Shown here: piece after piece, positions 10,501 to 17,912 of the stretch
How the letters are laid out: every line of letters starts with the position of its first letter
Numbering within the stretch: position 1 is the first letter of the stretch
Source: an uncultured Chthonomonadaceae bacterium
Lineage (GTDB): Bacteria > Armatimonadota > Chthonomonadetes > Chthonomonadales > Chthonomonadaceae
Assembly (NCBI GenBank): GCA_963817895.1
Contig: CAWFQB010000001.1
Span: forward strand, 960,001 to 1,024,000
Reading direction: 5' to 3'
DNA: 64,000 nt
Position numbers and translations under genes: made by a program
The notes under the pieces: generated by a model
Told to the model about the DNA's origin: nothing
The model's database searches: none
The model's input: only the letters and a program-made list of their open reading frames with translations

Positions 10501-10892
10501 CAGCGCGTGAGCAGATTCTGCTGTTGCGGCGTGAGCGATTTATGCGAGGATACGGGCGGCATCACGCTTGCGTCTGTGGCGTAGATGCGAGTCAGCAACG
10601 CGCTTTGCTTCGGCTTGCCGGGAACAATCGCGCGTTTATCCAGCGCGGATTGCGCGACATCCAGGCGTAAACCGGCCTGCCGATTGTTCTTGTCCGGCCC
10701 GTGACATTGGAAGCAGTTTTCCGAAAGGATGGGGCGAATATCGCGGTTGTATTGCAGTTTTCGCCCGGAATCCGCCTGCGCATGGGACAGGGTTAGCATG
10801 GGCATCAGCAGGACTGCAAGGGCTACGCCCCGCGCCGCTTGAAGCAAAGCGCTTTTAGCTAAAAGAGGACGCTGTTTGGAGGACAATCCCAT
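7509..10892 (-). CDS. Planctomycete cytochrome c / DUF1549 / DUF1553 (PSD1) protein
   Basis: Signal peptide, haem motifs CFQCH and CAECH, WLDLARYADT, NPLTARVFVNRLW, HPELLDWLA; paired with DUF1501. Confidence 0.93.
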   Translation of the reverse strand: MGLSSKQRPLLAKSALLQAARGVALAVLLMPMLTLSHAQADSGRKLQYNRDIRPILSENCFQCHGPDKNNRQAGLRLDVAQSALDKRAIVPGKPKQSALLTRIYATDASVMPPVSSHKSLTPQQQNLLTRWIAEGGEYQAHWAYLPPVRPAVPVVHPLTNFPVRNPIDAFILDKLNTKRIAPSPEADKRTLIRRVSLDLIGIPPTPAEVAAFVADKSPNTYEKVVDRLLASPHYGERMAVPWLDLARYADTVGFHGDQNQNVWAYRDYVIDSFNRNKPFDQFTIEQIAGDLLPNATPETRAATCFNRLNMMTREGGAQAKEYLAKYAADRVRTVSMTWLGSTFGCAECHDHKYDPISQKDFYALGAFFADMKQWGVYADYGYTPNPDLRGYNNDYPFPPEIKVESRYLKTRIAQEQAQIGNIALSALEATQTNPAAQAALNGWQKSASAFLTNHPDGWEIAAASEIRATNAPAMKPKPPLKKAAVTVAVSTPVEKASQAKSADKPVLKAVADATEASELRPELDGSILLTDKAGGSIELTLHPSSAWLACLRLEVLPHAANGNSIFRKGVQAATLTLAASVLRADGKREPVLFRYADANDAEPRYNSGFEVVGIQKGWKLSAEHASRAHVSSWLLDKPISLAFDDTLVVTVPNAGEGCIRLASSPFIPEQPNAPVFSTRYLAQLRGALEGSKMPLDRGLLATQYLLGAGQQADAYAQAKSLQNDIFNCRSGITPVLVTEATKPMTMRVLPRGNWQDESGEIVQPATPHFLPALQAKSGFSSQTLTRLDLARWIVSPENPLTARVFVNRLWKQFFGNGLSAQVEDLGAQGEWPTHPELLDWLACNFVAEEKGERKKEKDPVLINSQLSTLNSSWNVKRLVRLIVTSSTYRQSSSLRPELRDSDPNNRLLASQNPRRLEAEFVRDNALAVAGLLNPEIGGPPCKPYQPAGYYANIQFPDRDYVATPDDGQYRRGVYMHRQRTFLHPMLANFDAPSREDCIASRIVANTPQQALTLLNDPTFVEAARVFAAQLLNVRAGGNGAKAGEDSARLEAAFQRALARSPKPKEKQSLLTFLTTIRKAYQEQPDDARKLLTTGLTPLPQNADRIELAAWTNVCRIILNLNETITRY
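8279..8352. repeat. Heptamer tandem repeats translated in frame inside the PSD1 gene
   Basis: (gagagtt)x3-4 and ctttctc-type units; encode EEKGERKKEKDPVLINSQLSTLNS. Confidence 0.75.
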
Positions 10893-10923
10893 AATCCGCA
10901 ATTCCTTTATAGCGCAGGGGCTG

Positions 10924-11301
10924 TTAAAGCGCGCGTATATCGTTGAGAAGTGTTATAGCTGACTCTTCAGCATCCTCCCAATTCTGTTCCCAATCCGTGT
11001 ATGCTGGACTATCAGGAGGAAATTGATAATCCGCCACTTCACGTAAAGTTTTAAGACTGTCGTATACGGCGGCCAGAACAGAATCCCGCACATCAATTTG
11101 TTGCTTCACCAGAGTATGTACACCCTGTTTTGCCGTGATGCCAAACTTGTCCCGTCCGGCCAGGAAAGCGGCGTAGTAGGCGCGGTTTACTGCCGCGCGC
11201 CACATAACCTCTTTATCTGTCGCGTTCTCTAAAGCCTTCGCCTGTTCCGCCAATTTCTGCGCCAGCGAAAGCAAACGTCGAGGGCTAATGGGCAACGCCA
11301 T
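10924..11301 (-). CDS. HEPN domain protein
   Basis: RAAVNRAYYAAF, GVH, LREVADY; ggagg RBS before ATG 11301. Confidence 0.8.
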   Translation of the reverse strand: MALPISPRRLLSLAQKLAEQAKALENATDKEVMWRAAVNRAYYAAFLAGRDKFGITAKQGVHTLVKQQIDVRDSVLAAVYDSLKTLREVADYQFPPDSPAYTDWEQNWEDAEESAITLLNDIRAL

Positions 11302-11710
11302 TGGACCTCCAACGGATAGTCGGAATAATACTGTTCCGAATTGCATTCTGGTGAGCAACAGGCAGGACGCTGAACCAAGGATTGTACGCTTTGTAAAACT
11401 GGCGGCGATAAGCAAGCGCATCAGCAACAGGAAGGTCAACAATCTGCGTTATGACAATGTGTTCCGAACCGTCTTCCGGGCTGGTATGTCCATAGAGATT
11501 TACGCTGCATACGGAAACATCGTGGCGACGGGCTTCCGAATGGAGGAACTCCAGCGCGGCATTAACCGCCGGCAGCAGGGCGGGCGTCAGCATGGCGCGG
11601 GCGTTGTCCAGCACATCGAGGTCGTTCTCCGGCGAAAACAAACCGTCTTCGTTAAACGAAACCAGAGAGTTTGTCGGCAAAGCAAGTTTCGACTCATTTT
11701 CCAATAACAT
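11285..11710 (-). CDS. Hypothetical protein, putative HEPN partner
   Basis: ggag RBS; overlaps the HEPN start by 17 nt. Confidence 0.6.
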   Translation of the reverse strand: MLLENESKLALPTNSLVSFNEDGLFSPENDLDVLDNARAMLTPALLPAVNAALEFLHSEARRHDVSVCSVNLYGHTSPEDGSEHIVITQIVDLPVADALAYRRQFYKAYNPWFSVLPVAHQNAIRNSIIPTIRWRSNGVAH

Positions 11711-11905
11711 CGCTTTTCTCCTGCATCCCACCTGTCGGCAAGGCTTGTGCCGGATGCCATGCGCAACCGATCACGCCATTGCCGTAATGTCTTTTATTAT
11801 CGGCGGCAACACATTCGCGGCAAATATTCAGACACTCTAACATTGTATCACACCAGCCGGGATTTGAGAAAAGCTCACCATAAATGCCTGAACCGTCCCC
11901 GGCTT

Positions 11906-12841
11906 TCACACATCCCCGGCAATGGCGGCAGGGAACGCCTGTTTTGCGCGGAGGGCGCAGGCGACGCCGAACAACAACAGCGCGGCTCCCGCCATTTGCC
12001 CGATTGTTACGGCCTCTTTCAGCAGCAGCCACGCCAGTACGCCCGCGAAAACGGGTTCCAGCAGGGTGGCGGTGGATACCTGTCCGGCGGAAAAGTGGCG
12101 TAGCGAACGGTTCAGAGCGGTGTGTCCGAGCAGTTGCGGAACCAGCGCCATGCCGATTACGGAAAACCACACGCGCCCGGTCAGGGGCAAGCGCAAACTC
12201 CCCTGTATCAGAACGATCAGCCACAGGCACAGGGCGGCGGAACTGTACGCCCAGGTGACGGCGCGCAGTGTGCCGAACGTGTTTTGGGCGCGCTGAACCA
12301 GCAGCAGATACGGCACAATCAGCAGCCCGCCCGTCATTGCCAGCGCGTCGCCCTGCCACGCCGCGCCACCCGCAGGCAGAGACAATTGAGAATGAGCTAC
12401 GCCCTGCGTGGTGACGAGGAAAATGCCCGGAGCGGCAATCAGCAGGCCGAGCCAGAAACCGCGCCCCACCCGCAGGCCGGGAATCCACAGCCCCAACACT
12501 CCCGCCCACAGGGGCGAAGTCGTGACCAGCAGGGTCGAACGCGCGATAGGCACATAGTTGAGGGATGCAAACCACGTCACGAAATGCAGGGCCAGACACG
12601 CGCCCGCAACCATGAGCCGCGCCTGCTCGACATGCGGCAGGGCAGGTTCCGGCGCAATGGATTTAGGCGTATGCCGCAGTGTCCGCATGACGCGCCACGC
12701 CAGCAGCGCCCCCGAAGCGATTGTCAGCCGCCACAATGCCAGCAGTAACGCGCTCATGCCGCCATCCAGTCCCAAACGTGCCAGCAATCCCGACGCCCCG
12801 ACCGCGAGAATACCGCCCATCAGCAGAAGATAATGCCGCAT
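11906..12841 (-). CDS. DMT/EamA family transporter
   Basis: About 10 TM segments; LALHFVTWFASL, QLLGHTALN, LLEPV. Confidence 0.9.
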   Translation of the reverse strand: MRHYLLLMGGILAVGASGLLARLGLDGGMSALLLALWRLTIASGALLAWRVMRTLRHTPKSIAPEPALPHVEQARLMVAGACLALHFVTWFASLNYVPIARSTLLVTTSPLWAGVLGLWIPGLRVGRGFWLGLLIAAPGIFLVTTQGVAHSQLSLPAGGAAWQGDALAMTGGLLIVPYLLLVQRAQNTFGTLRAVTWAYSSAALCLWLIVLIQGSLRLPLTGRVWFSVIGMALVPQLLGHTALNRSLRHFSAGQVSTATLLEPVFAGVLAWLLLKEAVTIGQMAGAALLLFGVACALRAKQAFPAAIAGDV

Positions 12842-12933
12842 TGTTAATCGTCCGGTCCTGAAACATACCTATATCGCGGCCCTCTATGCCGATACCTCTC
12901 GTCTACTCCGATGGATCCCACCGTATCATCCGC

Positions 12934-13326
12934 TCACAGGCGCTTCATCATCAGTTCGCGAATCTCGCCATCAGAAAACATGCCATCTGTGCGTAGCGCG
13001 TACGCGCAGCGCATTTCCAGAACGCCCGGATTGAAATCAATAGACATTTCAGACTTGGTCTTGACGTTCTTCAGCCGAATCAACTGCAAGCTCTCCTGTA
13101 CCGCTTCCTTGCCCAGTTCATCGGCGCAGATGACTCGAAAGGCCATATTGGTACGGTGGCAGGAGAGATTGTCCAGAAAGTTCAAGGCTTCCAGGTCGTC
13201 GGCAAAACTGTCCCAATCCACTTCGTAGCGGATTGCGCCACCGCAAATTTCCGCCAGTTCCGCCTCGCGCTCCGGGAAGGTGATTTCCTGAAGTTCTTTC
13301 ATCTTGCGTTTTTCGTTCAATCCCAT
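12934..13326 (-). CDS. Conserved hypothetical protein
   Basis: aggag RBS, protein-like composition (MGLNEKRK, EVDWDSF). Confidence 0.7.
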   Translation of the reverse strand: MGLNEKRKMKELQEITFPEREAELAEICGGAIRYEVDWDSFADDLEALNFLDNLSCHRTNMAFRVICADELGKEAVQESLQLIRLKNVKTKSEMSIDFNPGVLEMRCAYALRTDGMFSDGEIRELMMKRL

Positions 13327-13555
13327 AGGAGTTCTCCTTTGATCGTTGCTGCCGGTTGCCGCCTGCGCCTATTTCGAGTAAAAGCCGTCTGTGCCTGTTT
13401 TATTCGCCATCAGCCGTGCCATTGCCTGCATTTATACAATTTGCGGCAATATTTGTGGAAAGAATCAGGAATAGCAGGCAGGCGTCTATAATATACCTGG
13501 CAGGCGAAAAGGGTAACGAATAGTCAATATCCAACATCTTAACCTGCAGGAGAAA

Positions 13556-14347
13556 ATGCTTATGTCTGCGTTGTTGTCGCTGTCTTTGCGTTCCCGTAAA
13601 CAGATTGGAAAAGATAGCGAAGCCGTTGAAGCGATAGAAACGCCTGTGGAATGGAAGGCAACCGAAACTGCTGTTATCGTGTGCGATATGTGGGACAAGC
13701 ACTGGTGCGCAGGCGCGTCGCGCCGGGTGGACGACATGGCTCCGCGCATGAACCTTGCGCTGCACAACCTTCGGAACCGGGGCGCGCTGATACTCCACGC
13801 GCCGAGCGATACCATAGAGTTTTACGCGGATACGCCACAACGGCAGCGGGCGCAAAATGCCCCAATCGCGCCCGCCCCGGAAGACATTCATGCGTGGCAC
13901 AAACTCGATCCCGCCCGCGAACCTCCCTTGCCCATAGACGACTCGGACAACGGCTGCGACGACCTGCCCGCCTGCCCGCCGTACAAAGCGTGGACGCGCC
14001 AGCATCCCGCGCTGGAAATCGCGCCACAGGACGCCATCAGCGACAACGGGGCCGAAGTTTACAATCTGCTGCAGCAGCATGGCATCCAGAACGTGATTGT
14101 GATGGGGGTTCATACCAATATGTGCGTGTTGGGCCGCTCGTTCGGCATACGGCGGCTGGTGAAAGCCGGCTTTAACGTTGCCCTGATGCGCGACATGACC
14201 GACGCCCTGTACAATCCCCGCTCCTTCCCCTACGTCAGCCACGAACGCGGCACGGAACTGGTCATCGAACACATCGAGCGGTACTGGTGTGGCAGCATTG
14301 GAAGATACGAGATAGGAGATACGAGATACGAGTCAACACTGATTTGA
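13556..14347 (+). CDS. Isochorismatase/cysteine hydrolase family protein
   Basis: VIVCDMWDKHWC, MGVHTNMCVLGRSFG. Confidence 0.88.
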   Translation: MLMSALLSLSLRSRKQIGKDSEAVEAIETPVEWKATETAVIVCDMWDKHWCAGASRRVDDMAPRMNLALHNLRNRGALILHAPSDTIEFYADTPQRQRAQNAPIAPAPEDIHAWHKLDPAREPPLPIDDSDNGCDDLPACPPYKAWTRQHPALEIAPQDAISDNGAEVYNLLQQHGIQNVIVMGVHTNMCVLGRSFGIRRLVKAGFNVALMRDMTDALYNPRSFPYVSHERGTELVIEHIERYWCGSIGRYEIGDTRYESTLI

Positions 14348-14423
14348 ACAATTCTCTCTACAAGGATGAACAGACTGGAGAGTAGTTCTTACTCGTATCT
14401 CCTATCTCGTATCTCGTATCTTC
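14301..14423. repeat. GATACGA heptamer inverted-repeat hairpin
   Basis: 33-nt arms at 14301-14333 and 14391-14423 with 2 mismatches; followed directly by aaggag RBS. Confidence 0.92.
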
Positions 14424-14435
14424 AAGGAGTTCTCA

Positions 14436-15416
14436 ATGTCCAACAAAATCCGCGTAGCCTTCGTAGGCGCGGGCAGCATGGCGAATAGCGCGCATTATCC
14501 CTCACTAGCGTCGCTGGAAGATGTGGAAATCGCCGCGATTTGCGAACTTGACGAGGCGCGGCTGAACGCGACTGCGGACAAGTTCGGCGTTAAGGGGCGA
14601 TACGCGGCGCGAAACTTCGACGATTATCAGCGCATGGTGGCGGACATCAACCCGGACGCCGTGTATGTCATCGGGCAGCCCAACATCATGTACCCGATCT
14701 GGAAATGGTTTCTGGAGCAGGGACGCAATCTGTACATCGAAAAGCCGCTCGGCCTGTCGCTGCATCAGGCGCGTTCCCTCGCGTATCTTGCCCACAAACA
14801 CGGCTGTATCACGCAGGTCAGTTTTCAGCGGCGTTCGTGTCCTCTCGTTGTGCAATTGCGCGACGAGTGTTTGAAGCGCGGGCCGATGGTTCATGCCGTG
14901 TGCGAGTTTTACAAATACGCGCCCACTCCGTTTCTGGATGCGCGCGACCATATGATGGACGATGGCGTTCACGCGATTGATACTCTGCGCTGGATGTGCG
15001 GGGGCGAAGTCGTGGAGATTCTGCCCGTTACGCGCAGTGTCGGCGTTCCCGACCTGAACTTTTTCGCCGTTCTGCTGCGCTTCGACAACGGCGCGACGGG
15101 CATAATGCTCAACAGTTGGACGAGTGGGCGGCGCGTTTTCCGCGTACAGATGCATGCTCCGGGTATTTGCGCCGAAGCCGAACACGAGGGCAAAGGCGTG
15201 TTGTACGCGGACGGCGACACGGCAGGAATCTGGTATGACACCCGTGAAGTGGCGGGCAGTGACGAATTGTACCAGTATGGCGGCTTCCGCGCCAAACACC
15301 GCGAATTCATAGACTGCGTGAAAACCAAACAGCAGCCCTCTTCCTGTTTCGCCGACGCCCTGAAAACAATGGAAGTCGCAGAAAAGATTTTGGCGATGGG
15401 GTTGTTGCAGGGTTGA
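14436..15416 (+). CDS. Gfo/Idh/MocA family oxidoreductase
   Basis: VAFVGAGSMA, EKP, DDGVHAID. Confidence 0.92.
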   Translation: MSNKIRVAFVGAGSMANSAHYPSLASLEDVEIAAICELDEARLNATADKFGVKGRYAARNFDDYQRMVADINPDAVYVIGQPNIMYPIWKWFLEQGRNLYIEKPLGLSLHQARSLAYLAHKHGCITQVSFQRRSCPLVVQLRDECLKRGPMVHAVCEFYKYAPTPFLDARDHMMDDGVHAIDTLRWMCGGEVVEILPVTRSVGVPDLNFFAVLLRFDNGATGIMLNSWTSGRRVFRVQMHAPGICAEAEHEGKGVLYADGDTAGIWYDTREVAGSDELYQYGGFRAKHREFIDCVKTKQQPSSCFADALKTMEVAEKILAMGLLQG

Positions 15417-15458
15417 GGGAGTCGCATTATTACAGCATTGGCGCAAAATTAACTACGA

Positions 15459-15525
15459 AGTCTGTCCGCGCAGGCGGACATTTGGCGGAACGCCCCATAG
15501 CAAAGAAATTCATTTCGTTGCTACC
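15459..15525. repeat. REP-like double palindrome
   Basis: tgtccgcgcaggcggaca and tagcaaagaaattcatttcgttgcta; shares ttggcggaacgcc with the 59328-59450 element. Confidence 0.65.
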
Positions 15526-15553
15526 GTATGATAACAGCAGGCAGGAGAAAAAC

Positions 15554-16348
15554 TTGAGCAACATTACGTTTACCGTGTTTACCAAGCCGTGGAAACTGGA
15601 ATTGGAAGCGTTGGCGCTTCATGTGAAGCAGTTAGGCTTTGACGGCGTAGAACTTCCTGTGCGGCCCGGTTATTCGGTCACGCCGGAAAATGTCACAACC
15701 AAACTGTCCCGCGCCGTGAAGGTATTAGGCGAACAGGGCTTGAAGATCGCCAGCATTGCCGGGCCGACGGACGAGAAAACCTTTGCCGCGTGTCAGGAAG
15801 CGGGCGTGCCTGTTGTTCGTATATGCGTGGGGATGCGCGAGGGCGAGGGGTATATGGCGGGCGAAGCGCGATTGCAGCGCGAATACGAGCAGATGCTCCC
15901 CCTGCTGGAAAAATACGGCGTCACGCTCGGCCTTCAAAACCACTCCGGCAACCGGGACGTGTGCAACGCGATGGGCCTGCGCCACCTGATGGAGCGGTTC
16001 AATCCCAAACAGATCGGCGCGGTATGGGACGCGGGCCACAATGGACTGGAGGGCGAAGCGCCCGAAAGCGCGATAGATATTATCTGGCCGCACCTGTGCA
16101 TGGTGAACCTCAAAAGCGCGTACTGGCGCGTCCAAAACAGTGCGGACGCGCCCCACCCGACGTGGAAACCGTACTGGACGCTGGGCGAAGTCGGACGCGC
16201 CAACTGGCCCCGCGTCGTGGCGGAATTGCAAAAGCGCGAGTACAGCGGCGTGGTTTGCCTGACCGCCGAGTATACGGACGAGGATCAGGTAGACCGCAAC
16301 ATTGCCCACGACATCGCTTATGCCCGTTCGCTGTTTGCGCAACCGTAG
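15554..16348 (+). CDS. Sugar phosphate isomerase/epimerase (xylose-isomerase-like TIM barrel)
   Basis: GFDGVEL, QNH, WDAGH; TTG start after aggag. Confidence 0.85.
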   Translation: MSNITFTVFTKPWKLELEALALHVKQLGFDGVELPVRPGYSVTPENVTTKLSRAVKVLGEQGLKIASIAGPTDEKTFAACQEAGVPVVRICVGMREGEGYMAGEARLQREYEQMLPLLEKYGVTLGLQNHSGNRDVCNAMGLRHLMERFNPKQIGAVWDAGHNGLEGEAPESAIDIIWPHLCMVNLKSAYWRVQNSADAPHPTWKPYWTLGEVGRANWPRVVAELQKREYSGVVCLTAEYTDEDQVDRNIAHDIAYARSLFAQP

Positions 16349-16444
16349 TTTCACGCGCCTTATATCTGCGAGCGATGTAAAGTATGGAAACATCAGGCGC
16401 AAGCAAAGAGGGTTGAAGGCAGTTACCCTCAACCCTCACTCTTT

Positions 16445-16777
16445 TCACGCTACCGGCTGCGCGCTGACGCCATCGGGAGCGGCTTCCACCACCATCGGAA
16501 CTTCACCCGTTGCAGGTTCGGCGACTACCGGCGTGTACACGCTGACGCGCCGCCGGGTTGTCGGTCCCTCATACGTCACCACGCCGTCAATCAGCGCGAA
16601 CAGGGTATAATCCCGGCCCATACCGACGTTCTTGCCCGGATGCAGCTTGGTCCCGCACTGGCGCACCAAAATATACCCCGCGCGCACAATTTCGCCGCCA
16701 TACTTCTTCACGCCCCGGTACTGGGGGTTGCTGTCGCGCCCGTTGCGCGAACTTCCCACGCCTTTTTTGTGTGCCAT
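16445..16777 (-). CDS. rpmA: 50S ribosomal protein L27
   Basis: [34 protein letters not shown]; acidic C-terminal extension. Confidence 0.98.
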   Translation of the reverse strand: MAHKKGVGSSRNGRDSNPQYRGVKKYGGEIVRAGYILVRQCGTKLHPGKNVGMGRDYTLFALIDGVVTYEGPTTRRRVSVYTPVVAEPATGEVPMVVEAAPDGVSAQPVA

Positions 16778-16791
16778 TGTGAGTCTCCTGA

Positions 16792-16885
16792 GAAGGGAGT
16801 AGGGAGTAGGTTGTAGGGAGTAGGAAAAGCCGTGTTTGACTTGTGCAGTGTTCCCACTCCCTACTCCCTACAACCTACTCCCTTC
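16792..16885. repeat. GGGAGTA heptamer inverted-repeat hairpin between rplU and rpmA
   Basis: Arms at 16792-16824 and 16853-16885; the variant unit GGTTGTA sits at a different position in each arm. Confidence 0.92.
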
Positions 16886-17197
16886 CTACGCCTGTATGCT
16901 TTCGATGCGCAGCCGGGTCAACTGCTGGCGATGCCCGTAGCGCTTGCGAATGTTCTTTTTGGCCTTGAACGTGATCGCGTTGATCTTCTTGCCGAGTTCG
17001 TGATCCAGAATTTTGGCGACCACTTTCGCGCCGGAAACCATCGGAGCGCCGACTTGCAGGCCGCTGTCGCCCTGCACCATCAGCACCTGCGTAAGTTCCA
17101 CCATCGCGTTGAGTTCGCCTTCGATCTTTTCTACCTGAATGGTGCTGCCTTCGCGCACCGTGTATTGCTTGCCGCCCGTTTTGACAATCGCGTACAT
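16886..17197 (-). CDS. rplU: 50S ribosomal protein L21
   Basis: MYAIVKTGGKQYTV, GHRQQLT. Confidence 0.98.
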   Translation of the reverse strand: MYAIVKTGGKQYTVREGSTIQVEKIEGELNAMVELTQVLMVQGDSGLQVGAPMVSGAKVVAKILDHELGKKINAITFKAKKNIRKRYGHRQQLTRLRIESIQA

Positions 17198-17222
17198 TGT
17201 TTGCTCCTGCGCAATCTAAAAG

Positions 17223-17288
17223 GTGAGAGTGGAGAGTGAGAGTGAGAGTAAATGTGTATCTACCCTCACTCTCCACTCTCACTCTCGC
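17223..17288. repeat. GAGAGT(G) inverted-repeat hairpin in the rplU leader
   Basis: Same family as 3954-4040. Confidence 0.88.
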
Positions 17289-17424
17289 TTCCCCTGCTAT
17301 TTGCTTGCCTGGCAGCGACATTCGATTGTCCCATTTCAATACCAACTTGGTTCGATTAAAATTACCATAACCGAATTGCCCCTGGCAGGCGTGACAAATG
17401 CCCTGAATTTGAAGTCAGCGTTGA

Positions 17425-17454
17425 AATATACCACACGCGCCGCGCCAAAGTCAA
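17425..17454 (-). promoter_or_regulatory. Possible sigma70 promoter for rplU-rpmA
   Basis: TTGACT-18 bp-TATATT with TG extended -10. Confidence 0.45.
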
Positions 17455-17551
17455 CCGCAGTCTTATATTTTGGTTGATCGGCGGATGCAGGTCAGGAGGG
17501 CGCGTTTCAAAATCAAGGCGCGTCCAAAAATTTTAATTCTCTTTCAGGATT

Positions 17552-17589
17552 ATGGCGGAAACATGGCGGCAACATTCGCCGGATATACT
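17552..17589 (+). promoter_or_regulatory. 11-bp tandem direct repeat (OmpR/GlnR-type box) plus -10 element upstream of nirB
   Basis: ATGGCGGAAAC ATGGCGGCAAC, then 10 bp, then TATACT. Confidence 0.5.
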
Positions 17590-17692
17590 GCTAGTGTACG
17601 ATGAACGTACACCACGCGGCGGGGTCGCCGCGCATCCTGTTTCACACGCAATCCTTCGCGTGTCCCGCTTTGTCTGCACCGCTGCTTTCTCC

Positions 17693-17720
17693 GGCAATGT
17701 CGCCTCCCGATAACGTCATC
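17693..17720 (+). promoter_or_regulatory. Possible ANTAR-binding dual hexaloop RNA motif
   Basis: GGC-AATGTC-GCC tccc GAT-AACGTC-ATC; both loops have A1 and G4. Confidence 0.4.
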
Positions 17721-17775
17721 TTTCCCTGACCGCACATTTCAATTGCGTACTTATTCGCCTCATTCCATAAAGCGT

Positions 17776-17828
17776 CTCCCCTCTCCTAGCGCGTTGCGCG
17801 GCAAGGAGAGGGGCCGGGGGTGAGGTAG
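17776..17828. repeat. Dispersed 53-bp palindromic repeat, copy 2
   Basis: 51/53 identical to 7437-7489. Confidence 0.9.
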
Positions 17829-17912
17829 AAACGCTCGTTTTCAACAGATTTTTCCGACTGTTCCGCGCCGAAATTCCGGCTGCGCGGCGGTCGTTTCGGA
17901 GGCACAACACTC

